The notes under the pieces are model-generated. The model did no database searches and was not told the origin of the DNA. It worked only from the letters and a program-made list of their open reading frames with translations. Shown here in pieces: positions 39,057 through 48,523 of a stretch of 64,000 nt of DNA. The translations under genes and the position numbers were made by a program. Numbering within the stretch: position 1 is the first letter of the stretch; each line of letters starts with the position of its first letter. Source of the DNA: an uncultured Pseudomonadota bacterium (lineage in GTDB: Bacteria > Oederibacteriota > Muellerivitia > Muellerivitales > Muellerivitaceae); contig CAWJKT010000011.1 of NCBI GenBank assembly GCA_963843375.1, forward strand, positions 141,954 through 205,953, written 5' to 3'.

Positions 39057-39126
39057 AAAAAAACCAGGTCTCGAATTTTTCCAAACCCACCGCTAGGGGA
39101 ATCCAAAACCGGTCGCCAAACTTTTT

Positions 39127-40575
39127 CTACTCCAGTTCTTCCGGAACGGCTTTATGGGCAGCGGTAGTTTTTCTCAAGGGCAGTTCTTTCATGTAAAAGG
39201 AAAGCACCAGTGTCAAAACCAGGATCAAAGGGATGAGTCCAAAAATATCTGCCAGGGCTGAGGCAATCCCGGCGCTTTGGCTTCGGGCGGTCAGGATGCT
39301 GCCGAAAACCGCCATTCCAAGGGAAGACCCGATGGCCCTCATGAAATTGACCATGGAGGTGGCCGATCCTAAAAGACCCATGTGGACGGCGTTCTGCGTG
39401 GCCAGATTGTAGACCGGCATGCAAAGGGCCAGCCCCGCACCGATGAAGACGATGGCCGCGATCAACGCCGGATGGGTGGTCGAGGGGCCCAGCCGGGCCA
39501 AAAGAATCCCTCCAATGAGCGCAATAGCGGGTCCCAGGATGGCGAATCTACGGTACCGCCCGGTGCGGGTGATCAAATGGCCCGTGACCGCCACCATGGC
39601 CATAAAGGTTATTGTGAAAGGCAAAAGGATGGCGCCACTGGTTTTGGCATTGGCGCCCAAGACCTGCTGAACGAAAAGGGGAAGGAAAAAGGTGACGCCG
39701 AACATCGATGCCGAAACCATGGCTGCCGACAGCAGTGAAATCGAAACGATGGAATTCTTAAACAATTCCAGGGGCAAAATGGGGTGGGTGGCTTTGTTCT
39801 CAATCCATAGGAAGACGAGCCCGAAAAACAGGCCCACGGCTCCCAGGCCTAGCACCTTGGGGGAAAACCAGGGATGGTCTTTATCAATTCCGTTGAGCGC
39901 CATCAATAGCGGCACCACCGACGCCACTAGGGCCGCTACCCCGGCGTAATCCAGGCGAAAATCTCCCGGCTTGGTGTGCCGAATGTGGGGGGCAAAACGG
40001 GCCAACAAAGCGCAGCCTAAAATGCCGATCGGCAGGTTGACGTAAAAAACATAGCGCCATCCCGGCCCATCGGTTAAAAAGCCTCCCAACAGGGGGCCCA
40101 TCACGCTCGACACCGCGGAAATGGGAACCAGTATCCCGATCACCCGGCCTCGCTGGGCGGGCGGAAAAAGGTCCGCGATGGTCGTAGATGCCGCGCAGGT
40201 CATGGTGCCGGCCCCCAGACCCTGCAGGGCCCGGCAGGCGATCAGTTCCGGCATGGTTTGGGCCAGGCCGCAAAGTACGCTGGCCATGGTGAACCATAGG
40301 ATTCCGCCGAGCAGGAAATATTTCCGGCCGTGGATATCGCTGAGTTTTCCCATGATGGGCATGACCGCCGTTGAGGCGATCATATAGGCCGTTACCACCC
40401 CGGAGTAGCTTTCAAACCCTCCCAGGTCCCGCACGATTCGGGGCATGGCGGTGGCCACAATGGTCTGGTCCAACGAGGCCATGAACAGTGCCAGCCCCAC
40501 GCCCGACATGGTGATCCACACATCCCGCCGGGACGGTTCAGCGTGTACCAGCCTCTCGAATTTTTCTTGGCTCAT
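39127..40575 (-). CDS. DHA2-family MFS transporter, third paralogue
   Basis: LDQTIVATAMPRI, GKLSDIHGRKY, ACRALQGLGAG, 14-TMS pattern. ATG 40575 has SD GAGGTGGG. Confidence 0.88.
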   Translation of the reverse strand: MSQEKFERLVHAEPSRRDVWITMSGVGLALFMASLDQTIVATAMPRIVRDLGGFESYSGVVTAYMIASTAVMPIMGKLSDIHGRKYFLLGGILWFTMASVLCGLAQTMPELIACRALQGLGAGTMTCAASTTIADLFPPAQRGRVIGILVPISAVSSVMGPLLGGFLTDGPGWRYVFYVNLPIGILGCALLARFAPHIRHTKPGDFRLDYAGVAALVASVVPLLMALNGIDKDHPWFSPKVLGLGAVGLFFGLVFLWIENKATHPILPLELFKNSIVSISLLSAAMVSASMFGVTFFLPLFVQQVLGANAKTSGAILLPFTITFMAMVAVTGHLITRTGRYRRFAILGPAIALIGGILLARLGPSTTHPALIAAIVFIGAGLALCMPVYNLATQNAVHMGLLGSATSMVNFMRAIGSSLGMAVFGSILTARSQSAGIASALADIFGLIPLILVLTLVLSFYMKELPLRKTTAAHKAVPEELE

Positions 40576-40879
40576 TCTTAACCCACCTCGACTTTGAATT
40601 GTAGGCGAAACGGTGGGCAATTTCATGAAAGGATTACGATTTTCGGAAGAGAGTAATCTGGAAAAGGTTTGTGGGGAAATTTGAAAACAGACTAATCTCT
40701 TAAATGTTTCCTTCTCCACTCTGCGGTGCGGGAAGCCTGGTCCCTTGATTCAGAAGTGATACCGGGAGAAGAAATTCGGCAAGTATTGAATCGCCTATTT
40801 CCATCCACTAATAGTCTTCATTTGCTTGGCTATACCCTGATGTGAACTTATATTACTCAAAACTCAAGGGAGTCCACCC

Positions 40880-42424
40880 ATGTCCTTTCGAAATCATCTT
40901 TCGGTTTTCCGGCTCGGTTTCACGGCGTTTTTAATCGCACTAGTTCCCATGAACCTTCCCGCCCAGACGGCCACCCTAACTCCAATTGCGGATGCCTCTG
41001 ATTTGGAGAATATCAGCTCGCCGGAGGTGGTTCGTCGCATGGGGCTCGGATGGAACCTGGGCAACACGATGGATTGCGCCGGGGACTGGATCAAGGGGCC
41101 GGAGGTCCGTAGTTTCGAGACCGCCTGGGGCAATCCGGAGACCACTCGAGGGATGATTGACGCGATCCAGCAAGCCGGGTTCAAATCCGTCCGGATTCCT
41201 GTCGCCTGGTCGAACCTGATGGGGGACAATTACACCCTCGATCCCGAATTATTGGCGCGGGTCAAAGAGATCGTCGATTGGGTACTAGCCGACGGTATGA
41301 TCGCGGTGGTCAACATTCACTGGGACGGCGGCTGGTGGTCCAAATTCCCAACGCATTATGACGAATCCATGAAGCGCTATACCCGGATGTGGTCGCAGAT
41401 CGCGGGCTATTTCAAGAATGAGCCCGGCTCGCTGATCTTCGAGTCCCTGAATGAGGAGGGCTGTTTCAACGACGTCTGGAACCACTATGGGCCCGCCAAT
41501 CCGGTCCAGAAACAAAAAGCCTTTGGGATTCTGAACAACATTAACCAGGCCTTCGTCGACCTGGTGCGGAAATCCGGGGGCCTGAACGCCAAACGCCACC
41601 TCCTGATTGCCGGATATGCGACGGATATTGATCTCACCTGCGACTCGGATTTTCTCATGCCGAAGGATCCGCAGAACCATTTAATCCTTTCCGTCCACTA
41701 TTACACCCCCTACACCTTCGCCGGGCTGGAACATGACGAGTCCTGGGGCAAGGCCCGGCCGACCTGGGGTACGAAAGAGGACTATGCCGAACTGGCCACG
41801 AAAATGGGGATGCTGAAGCCCCGTTTTCTCGACCAGGGCATTCCGATTATCGTGGGCGAATACGGCGCGACCCTGAAGGCCAAGGAACCCGAGAGCGTTC
41901 GCCGTTACATTTTGTCGGTTGCGGAGAAGATCTACCAAATGGGGATGTGTCCGATGTTGTGGGACCCGGGTTCGCATTTTGACCGGAAGACCCTGCAATT
42001 CAACGATCCCGAACTTTTGGCGGGGTTTCAGAAGATCGGCAGGGGCAAAAGTATCCCGGAGGCGGAATTGGATATAGCCCCAGCAGGCCCCGCCCCCTGT
42101 TTCTATTCCATTCCGGAGGATGTCCTTCAAGAAGCGAAAAAAAACGCCTCTTCCCGGGACGGGGGCGATTATGAAACAGCTTTTTTCTCCTGGGCCAGGG
42201 GAGACCTGGATGGGTTCCGGCGGCTTTGCACCATTGATACCCCGCAAAAAGAGGATTTCTTGATCGTTTTGAAAATCGAGCGAACGGGGTGGGTTTCCGG
42301 GGTTTACACCAGTCTGAACGACCCCATCGCGGCTTGTCTGGCGAGAAAATTGGCGACGGATAAATGTCCCCCGCCGCCTTTCGCTCCTTACGACGAACTC
42401 ATTGACATGAGAATGAACCGGTAA
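40880..42424 (+). CDS. exported glycoside hydrolase family 5 (endoglucanase/mannanase-like) with an unrecognised roughly 140-aa C-terminal region
   Basis: Signal peptide. GWNLGNTMD, IFESLNEE (acid/base Glu), HYYTPY, VGEYGA (nucleophile Glu). Confidence 0.82.
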   Translation: MSFRNHLSVFRLGFTAFLIALVPMNLPAQTATLTPIADASDLENISSPEVVRRMGLGWNLGNTMDCAGDWIKGPEVRSFETAWGNPETTRGMIDAIQQAGFKSVRIPVAWSNLMGDNYTLDPELLARVKEIVDWVLADGMIAVVNIHWDGGWWSKFPTHYDESMKRYTRMWSQIAGYFKNEPGSLIFESLNEEGCFNDVWNHYGPANPVQKQKAFGILNNINQAFVDLVRKSGGLNAKRHLLIAGYATDIDLTCDSDFLMPKDPQNHLILSVHYYTPYTFAGLEHDESWGKARPTWGTKEDYAELATKMGMLKPRFLDQGIPIIVGEYGATLKAKEPESVRRYILSVAEKIYQMGMCPMLWDPGSHFDRKTLQFNDPELLAGFQKIGRGKSIPEAELDIAPAGPAPCFYSIPEDVLQEAKKNASSRDGGDYETAFFSWARGDLDGFRRLCTIDTPQKEDFLIVLKIERTGWVSGVYTSLNDPIAACLARKLATDKCPPPPFAPYDELIDMRMNR

Positions 42425-42578
42425 GATTTGAAAAGAACGGACAAAATCATTGGCTGGTAATAATTAAAGTTATTTTGACTTTTTTCAAATTTTTTCCCTC
42501 CGGTTAAAGGCTCCAATTCTACCCAAGCGATAATTCGAATGTATAATGCTGACACTTTGGATATTTGAAAGGTTTGTT

Positions 42579-43163
42579 ATGAAAAACCCCGTTCAGCGTC
42601 CCGAAAAATTTCCCGAAAACCTGATTCTGATCGGCATGTTCGGAAGCGGGAAGAGTACCATTGGAAAAATTTTGGCGGCCAAGCTTCGCTACCATTTCGT
42701 GGACGTGGACCATTTGATCGAAGCTAAGTTTAAAAAGCCCCTTCAAAAGATTTTAGATGAATTGGGAATGAAAAAATTCATGAAGATGGAGGATGAAACC
42801 CTTCAAGCGCTTCGGAACTGGCATTGCGTAATCTCGCCCGGGGGGAGCGCGGTTTATTACCCCAAGGGTATGAAACACTTGAAAAGTTTGGGACCTCGGA
42901 TTTACCTCGAAGTTTCGCTGCCCACATTGTTGAAGCGTATCCCAGATTGGTCCAATCGGGGTGTGGTTTGCCGGGGTGGCAACAGTTTGCCGGCTCTTTA
43001 TCAAGAAAGAACTCCGCTTTTCCATAAATACACCGACCTTACAATCAAAACCCAAGGGAAATCTCCCGACAAAGTCGCCCAGGAGATACTCGTGGGGCTG
43101 GGCCGACCTGGGAAATCGGTTGGGCTGAAGCGAAAGATAAAAAAAGCTTCCAAGCCCGGCTGA
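42579..43163 (+). CDS. aroK: shikimate kinase with Lys-rich C-terminal tail
   Basis: LILIGMFGSGKSTIGKILAAKLRYHFVDVDHLIE, GGSAVY. Confidence 0.85.
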   Translation: MKNPVQRPEKFPENLILIGMFGSGKSTIGKILAAKLRYHFVDVDHLIEAKFKKPLQKILDELGMKKFMKMEDETLQALRNWHCVISPGGSAVYYPKGMKHLKSLGPRIYLEVSLPTLLKRIPDWSNRGVVCRGGNSLPALYQERTPLFHKYTDLTIKTQGKSPDKVAQEILVGLGRPGKSVGLKRKIKKASKPG

Positions 43164-43200
43164 TTTATAATGAACTCCACCATTTATTAGGGAGTAGTTC

Positions 43201-44187
43201 ATGAAAACCGCGGTCATTGGTTCGGGGAATATGGGAACGGCCTTAGCCTGCCTTCTCGCCGACAACGGACACACTGTGACCTGTTGGGACCATATGCCCG
43301 AGGTCGTGGAAGATATCCGTAAAAACCATCAAAACTCGCGATATCTTCCTGACATCCTCCTTCCTTCCGGCGTGACAGCGGACCATCTTTTAAACCATGT
43401 GGTTCGGGAAGCCCAGATGATCTTGATTGCCACCCCCTCGCTTTTTTTTCGGCAGGTGGTGAAGGAATTTTCCCCTTTTTCCATGCCCCAAGCGGTCGTG
43501 CTAGGAACCTCCAAGGGGCTCGAGATCTCTTCCCAAAAAAGAATGAGCCAAGTTTATGCCGAGGCCGCGATGCATACCCCCGATCATTACGTGGCTGTTT
43601 CGGGGCCATCCATTGCCAATGAGTTTGCCCGAAAAAGAGCCACGGCCGTGGTCATCGCCGGAACCAACCACTTCTGTCTGCAGAAAGCCGCGGGGGCCCT
43701 GGCCAATCCTTATTTCCGGGTGGAAACCTCCGGTGACTTGCCGGGAGTAGAGTTGGGAGGGGTTCTCAAGAATATTTACGCCCTGGGTTTTGGCCTTTTG
43801 GATGGCTTGAATCATGGAAGCCCGAATCTCAAGTCGGCTTTTCTCATCATGGCCCTCAAAGAAATGAAGGAAATCGCCGTGACGATGGGCGCCCAGGAAA
43901 AGACATTGGACGGCCTAGCGGGTCTGGGGGACCTGGTAACGACGGGTTTTTCTTCGGATTCCCATAACCGTAAGCTGGGAGAATATCTGGCCTCCGGGAT
44001 AGAATATGAAAAAGCCATCGAAAAATTGGGTGGTGTGGTTCCGGAAGGCGTGCGGACTTTGGAAATGCTTTTGGAAAAGACCGGATCGGCAGTGGAAACC
44101 CCGTTGGCGCATTTGATCCAAACTTGTTTAAACCAGCCGGCAGCCCGAAGCAAGTTCGTGGATGAGGTTTGGAAGATCGTATCTTGA
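43201..44187 (+). CDS. gpsA: NAD(P)H-dependent glycerol-3-phosphate dehydrogenase
   Basis: MKTAVIGSGNMGTALA (GxGxxG), GPSIANE, LKNIYALG, VEGV. Confidence 0.9.
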   Translation: MKTAVIGSGNMGTALACLLADNGHTVTCWDHMPEVVEDIRKNHQNSRYLPDILLPSGVTADHLLNHVVREAQMILIATPSLFFRQVVKEFSPFSMPQAVVLGTSKGLEISSQKRMSQVYAEAAMHTPDHYVAVSGPSIANEFARKRATAVVIAGTNHFCLQKAAGALANPYFRVETSGDLPGVELGGVLKNIYALGFGLLDGLNHGSPNLKSAFLIMALKEMKEIAVTMGAQEKTLDGLAGLGDLVTTGFSSDSHNRKLGEYLASGIEYEKAIEKLGGVVPEGVRTLEMLLEKTGSAVETPLAHLIQTCLNQPAARSKFVDEVWKIVS

Positions 44188-44301
44188 AGGCAATCTTTTT
44201 AACGTTGAATTTTGAAAATTAGAATTTTTTAACCGAAGACTAAAAGTTTTCATTCGGTCAAAACTAAGAATAAAAATATATAATTTCGAAGGGTTGAAGC
44301 C

Positions 44302-44742
44302 TTGACGCTTGAGTTTGTTTCCCATTATCCCGAATGGCACCATGTACTCTTTAAAGTAAAAGACGCGGATCAATCCATCCGTTTCTATAATGAGTACTTG
44401 GGAATGGACGCTGTTTTGGACCAGAAAGATGGAGATGGAAAAAGATGGGTCTGGATGAGGTTTAGCGAAAATCCATACGCCCCACTATTTGTCTTCGTGG
44501 AAGATACCCAGCTTAAAACCACGGTGGGCGCGGCCAATAGTTTGCAACATTTTTCATTCCGCTTAACCGACATGAAGCCCGTGGAAGAGATCAGCACGAA
44601 GGCCAAGGCCGGCAACTGCCTGAAGGAACCGGCCAATTATGGCGGGCACTTGAAAGGTTACTTTTGCCTGGTTTCGGACCCCGACGGGAATCTTTTGGAG
44701 TTTTCTTACAAGATTTCCCCCGCGTCGGGGAACCCTAGTTAG
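44302..44742 (+). CDS. VOC/glyoxalase-family protein
   Basis: HVLFKVKDADQSIRFYNEYLGM...HFSFRL...VSDPDGNLLEF. TTG start. Confidence 0.75.
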   Translation: MTLEFVSHYPEWHHVLFKVKDADQSIRFYNEYLGMDAVLDQKDGDGKRWVWMRFSENPYAPLFVFVEDTQLKTTVGAANSLQHFSFRLTDMKPVEEISTKAKAGNCLKEPANYGGHLKGYFCLVSDPDGNLLEFSYKISPASGNPS

Positions 44743-44761
44743 AATTAAGAGAGGAGTTTTT

Positions 44762-46348
44762 TTGAGGTTCTCTTTCCCCAACACCTTCCGAAAAAACGCT
44801 TGGGTGTTTTCCCCTTCCGAACTGATGACCTCATTGCTTATCCTCGTGTTTTTGTTTTTGGCAATGGGAGCCTGCTTCGTCGAAAGGCTCGGGTCTGAAG
44901 CTGCTTTTCAACAGGCCCTCTTTTCCACCATCCTTTGGGGTGGATGGATGTATTTCGTGGCCATCCGAAGGCCTCCGCCTTTTGATCTTTGGGGACTAAT
45001 CCGGGGGTTGGCCCCCTGGTTTGGTTTAGTTCTCTGTTACAGTCTCATGAAACCCCTGGTGCCGGTACTCCATCCGCAACTTTTTGACGCCGATCTTCAT
45101 GGAGTGGACTTAAGACTCATGGGGCGGGGCCCTTCCCTTTGGCAGCAGGTCCTCCTGGGGCGGCCCCACCTGACTGATTTTTTTTCCGTTTGCTATTTGG
45201 GTTTGTTCGCCTGGCTTCTAGGACTTTTGGTTTTTCACAGTTATTTGCGGCGGGCCCTTTATCAACGGTTCATGCTCGGACTCATCCTGGTTTATATCGG
45301 CGGTTTTATGGGGTACCTGATTTACCCCGCTGTCGGCCCCCGTTTCGCCTATCCCCAGGAATGGACATGGCTCCAAGGGGGGGCGATCTTCAAGGGAGCT
45401 GAATTTTTAATTGTCAGCCTCGGAGCCCGGTTTGATGTTTTTCCCAGTCTTCATGGGGCCATATCGGCTTACCTTCTTTTCTGGCAAATGGCCCATGACC
45501 GCAGGTCGCTCATTTGGGGGGTGCCTCTCACGGTGGGCATTTGGCTTTCCACCCTTTTTCTAGGATTCCATTATCTTCCGGACTTGGTTAGCGGGGGACT
45601 GTTGGCCGCCGTCAGTGCGTGGATGGCTCCCCAAGTGGAGATTTTGGTAGGAGCATTCCGTCGAACCTTACATCCGCCAAGGGTCTGGCTGTTAAACCTA
45701 ACCGAGGGCCATGGCGACAGTTACGGCAAATTGGCGGGTCGTTTAAGCGACCTTTTACCCTTGGGAGGGCAGACTTCCCCGGGATTTATCACCGGGGGTG
45801 TTCCCCGTAACCGGGGTGAAGAAGGGGTCCGGCAAGCCTTGAAGGACTTGGGTGAGGGGCCCTTTTGGCTGAGACCTTCGGACGCCTCGGGTTCCAAAAA
45901 AAACACCCTTCAGGCCTTAAAACCTCTTTCCACCGAACAGATTATCCGCGCGGTTTTTAATCCCGTGGTCAAACGCCATTTCATCGTTCAAAAAGCCCTG
46001 AAAGTCTCGGCGGTTGGTCTTTGCCGATCCTTTCCCCCAAAGGGATTTAAACTGACGGATGTTGAAATTCGTGTGACCTCTTTGCCTGCCGGAGACGTCT
46101 TAATTTTGAGGCTGACCCCGCAACGAAACCTGTTTAAGGGTTTCATCGACACGCCTTGGAATTACTTCCCGTCCTCATTTCCCTTAAGAGGATTCGAGCT
46201 TTTTGACATGGTCAAGCTGACCCGTAAACTAGCGGCCCGTTGGCAGCAGTTTACGGAGGTGGAATGGATTTTGTCCGAAGGAAAGGTTTATGTGTTGGAT
46301 GGCCGCCCGGTGCGTAGAGAAAACCCGGGAGGGGATTCCCCTGGTTAA
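44762..46348 (+). CDS. PAP2-superfamily (PAP2_3-like) polytopic membrane protein fused to a short PEP/pyruvate-binding (PPDK_N, ATP-grasp-like) domain
   Basis: N-terminal roughly 300 aa has multiple TM with FPSLHGAISAY and FHYLPDLVSGG (PAP2 C2/C3-like). The C-terminal roughly 215 aa begins GDSYGKLAGRLSDLLPLGGQTSPGFIT and ends VEWILSEGKVYVLDGRPV, resembling the start and end of the PEP-utiliser ATP-grasp domain. SD GAGAGGAG before TTG. Confidence 0.55.
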   Translation: MRFSFPNTFRKNAWVFSPSELMTSLLILVFLFLAMGACFVERLGSEAAFQQALFSTILWGGWMYFVAIRRPPPFDLWGLIRGLAPWFGLVLCYSLMKPLVPVLHPQLFDADLHGVDLRLMGRGPSLWQQVLLGRPHLTDFFSVCYLGLFAWLLGLLVFHSYLRRALYQRFMLGLILVYIGGFMGYLIYPAVGPRFAYPQEWTWLQGGAIFKGAEFLIVSLGARFDVFPSLHGAISAYLLFWQMAHDRRSLIWGVPLTVGIWLSTLFLGFHYLPDLVSGGLLAAVSAWMAPQVEILVGAFRRTLHPPRVWLLNLTEGHGDSYGKLAGRLSDLLPLGGQTSPGFITGGVPRNRGEEGVRQALKDLGEGPFWLRPSDASGSKKNTLQALKPLSTEQIIRAVFNPVVKRHFIVQKALKVSAVGLCRSFPPKGFKLTDVEIRVTSLPAGDVLILRLTPQRNLFKGFIDTPWNYFPSSFPLRGFELFDMVKLTRKLAARWQQFTEVEWILSEGKVYVLDGRPVRRENPGGDSPG

Positions 46349-46370
46349 AGACAAAAGAGGGGCCTTTGGA

Positions 46371-47063
46371 ATGAATTTCAAGCAGGATTGGAAGATGAAA
46401 GAAAAAAAGAAACTTATCAATCCCAGGTGGAAATCCATTCTTGTTTTTGGCTTGTTTCTGCTCGCGGTCTTGTGGCAGGCGGGCTGCGTGGACATCAGCG
46501 ACACAAAGGTACAGGTGGAGCCGCCGGGTAAAGTGGATCAATATAACCGCAGCATCGTCGACCAATGTACGCCCCATGTTATGCCGCATCACTTGATCCA
46601 GGCCTCCATCAGCGCCGCTGTTCCCAATCTTCAACCGGGTTCCGGAACTGTCCTCACCGATCAAACCAATTTCGACATCCTTTGGACTGACCTCACGGTT
46701 CAGCTGGACCAAAACCAGGTCATGACCCAGAATTTAAAACCCGTCATTGATTGGACCCAGCAAGCCGTCTATGTCTACTATGTTTTAGTGGATTCTTCCT
46801 GCGAGAAGGTCAAACCCTATGGGGATGGAATGATCACCGATTGTTACAACGTGACCGCGCAAATTTACAAATGGACGGAAGGAGAGGATTGTGGAAGTAC
46901 CATTACCAGCTACCCGGTTTTGGTCTATATTTTCCCCAATGTCGACCTGCCGGTAGGCGTCCAATGGTTTGGCCCCACGGCGACATTCACCCCGACTTCC
47001 ACCCCCACCTCGACCCCTTCTTCCACTCAGACGCCAACTCCTACAAGCGAAAACGACGAGTGA
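46371..47063 (+). CDS. hypothetical lipoprotein with Pro/Thr-rich C-terminal tail
   Basis: LVFGLFLLAVLWQAGC has a lipobox. Tail TFTPTSTPTSTPSSTQTPTPTSENDE. The track start 46290 overlaps the upstream gene. Confidence 0.6.
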   Translation: MNFKQDWKMKEKKKLINPRWKSILVFGLFLLAVLWQAGCVDISDTKVQVEPPGKVDQYNRSIVDQCTPHVMPHHLIQASISAAVPNLQPGSGTVLTDQTNFDILWTDLTVQLDQNQVMTQNLKPVIDWTQQAVYVYYVLVDSSCEKVKPYGDGMITDCYNVTAQIYKWTEGEDCGSTITSYPVLVYIFPNVDLPVGVQWFGPTATFTPTSTPTSTPSSTQTPTPTSENDE

Positions 47064-47098
47064 GAAGGCCGCCGGCTCTCGGCCGCCCCCGGGGCCAA

Positions 47099-47557
47099 AT
47101 GCTTTTCAAGGCTTGGGCCAGGGGCTTCCTATTCTTGTTTTTGATTTTGGGATTTGGATCCAGCCGGGCGGCTAATGAAGTGGTAACGGTTCCCCTGGTG
47201 CTGGGCGATTACTACGCATGGGCCTATACCGAGGCATTCGAGGATCATGCCGAAATTTACGGGTGGTCCACTGCTGGAGTGGACGCTTTGGGATGGTCCC
47301 TTTTTTTCGCCGCCAAGGATTACGATGCCGGGCTCTTCTTGGTGAACCTGGCCGGGTGCGCGAAGACTCTGTACCCGGTCGTGACACTTTTGGGAGCCTC
47401 GGATAATTCAGTGCGCGAAAGGGCTTGGATCGCGGTGGGAACCCACACGGCCACGCTCTTGACACTGGAATTGCTCGGGCGCCCCGCTGTAAATATTCAA
47501 ACGACCATGGGTCCCCGGAAGGATGGTTTAGGGGTTGCTTATGTCCTTGGGTTTTGA
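47099..47557 (+). CDS. hypothetical exported protein
   Basis: MLFKAWARGFLFLFLILGFGSSRA is a signal peptide. Ends ...AYVLGF. The track N-terminus (46751-) is an out-of-frame overlap with the lipoprotein. Confidence 0.5.
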   Translation: MLFKAWARGFLFLFLILGFGSSRAANEVVTVPLVLGDYYAWAYTEAFEDHAEIYGWSTAGVDALGWSLFFAAKDYDAGLFLVNLAGCAKTLYPVVTLLGASDNSVRERAWIAVGTHTATLLTLELLGRPAVNIQTTMGPRKDGLGVAYVLGF

Positions 47558-47587
47558 AAAAGTGGTAAGAATGAAATTAACGTTCGA

Positions 47588-48331
47588 TTAAGGTTGCGCC
47601 GTCTTTTGAATTTTCTCGTCCCCCATGAAAGTATGAATTCCACATTCAATCTTGCCCGTACCCGCCCAACGCCCCGAACGGGGGTCTTCTCCCAACTTGA
47701 CAGGACGGGTGCAGTTTTCCGGAGAACAGCCGATGGAAAAATAGCCCTTTTCCCAAAGCGGATGATAAGGCAGATCATATTTTTTGGCATAGTCTCCCAA
47801 CATTTTGGCCGTCCAATTTAAAAGAGGGCTTACCTTGACCAATTGGTCTCGATGGTTCTCGACGAATTTCGAGGATCTTCGGGTATCGGCTTGGTTACGG
47901 CGGATGCCGGTGATCCAGGCCTTATAATCCTTCAGTCCCTCCTCAAAGGGGGCAATCTTGTTCATGGCGCAACAGGCGTCCGGGTCCCGTTCATAAAGCT
48001 TTCCATATTGCTCCAGGAATCGATCATGAGGATTTTGAGGTTTTAATTCCCGTAGGTTTAACTTGAGCCTGTTGACCAGAAGGTCCCGGTGTTCCAAGGT
48101 TTCCTTGAAATGGAATCCGGTATTGGTGAAGAGAACTGGAATATCCGGCTTGATTTGGGTCGCCAAATGGAGCAATACGGCGCTCTCGGCGCCGAAAGAG
48201 GTGGACATCGCCAAGTCAGACCCAAACTCACCCGCCGACCAACGGATAATTTCCTCGGCAGTTTTTCCCTCGAATTCTTGATTCAGTTTTTCAAAGTCGT
48301 AAGTTTTCATGTTCCGTCCATTAGGTTCCAT
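47588..48331 (-). CDS. cysH: phosphoadenylyl-sulfate / adenylyl-sulfate reductase (thioredoxin-dependent), CysH family
   Basis: 247 aa. PAPS-reductase fold (SFGAESAVLLHL, CCAMNKI) and C-terminal ECGIH motif. The start may instead be ATG 48310. Confidence 0.85.
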   Translation of the reverse strand: MEPNGRNMKTYDFEKLNQEFEGKTAEEIIRWSAGEFGSDLAMSTSFGAESAVLLHLATQIKPDIPVLFTNTGFHFKETLEHRDLLVNRLKLNLRELKPQNPHDRFLEQYGKLYERDPDACCAMNKIAPFEEGLKDYKAWITGIRRNQADTRRSSKFVENHRDQLVKVSPLLNWTAKMLGDYAKKYDLPYHPLWEKGYFSIGCSPENCTRPVKLGEDPRSGRWAGTGKIECGIHTFMGDEKIQKTAQP

Positions 48332-48523
48332 CTTACTCGTATAAACATCATACGATTAGGGTCCTCTTTGGCAAAGGGGGGGATTAAGAAAGGTCTTCAA
48401 GGAAAATAGCCTCCTATAACCCCCGTTCTTATGAGAAACCGGCTTGGAATTTTCATTGACGGTCGGTTTTGTCCGTGGCAATCTCGGTCGTCAACGACAA
48501 CCCCCAACCCAAGGAGAGGCCGA

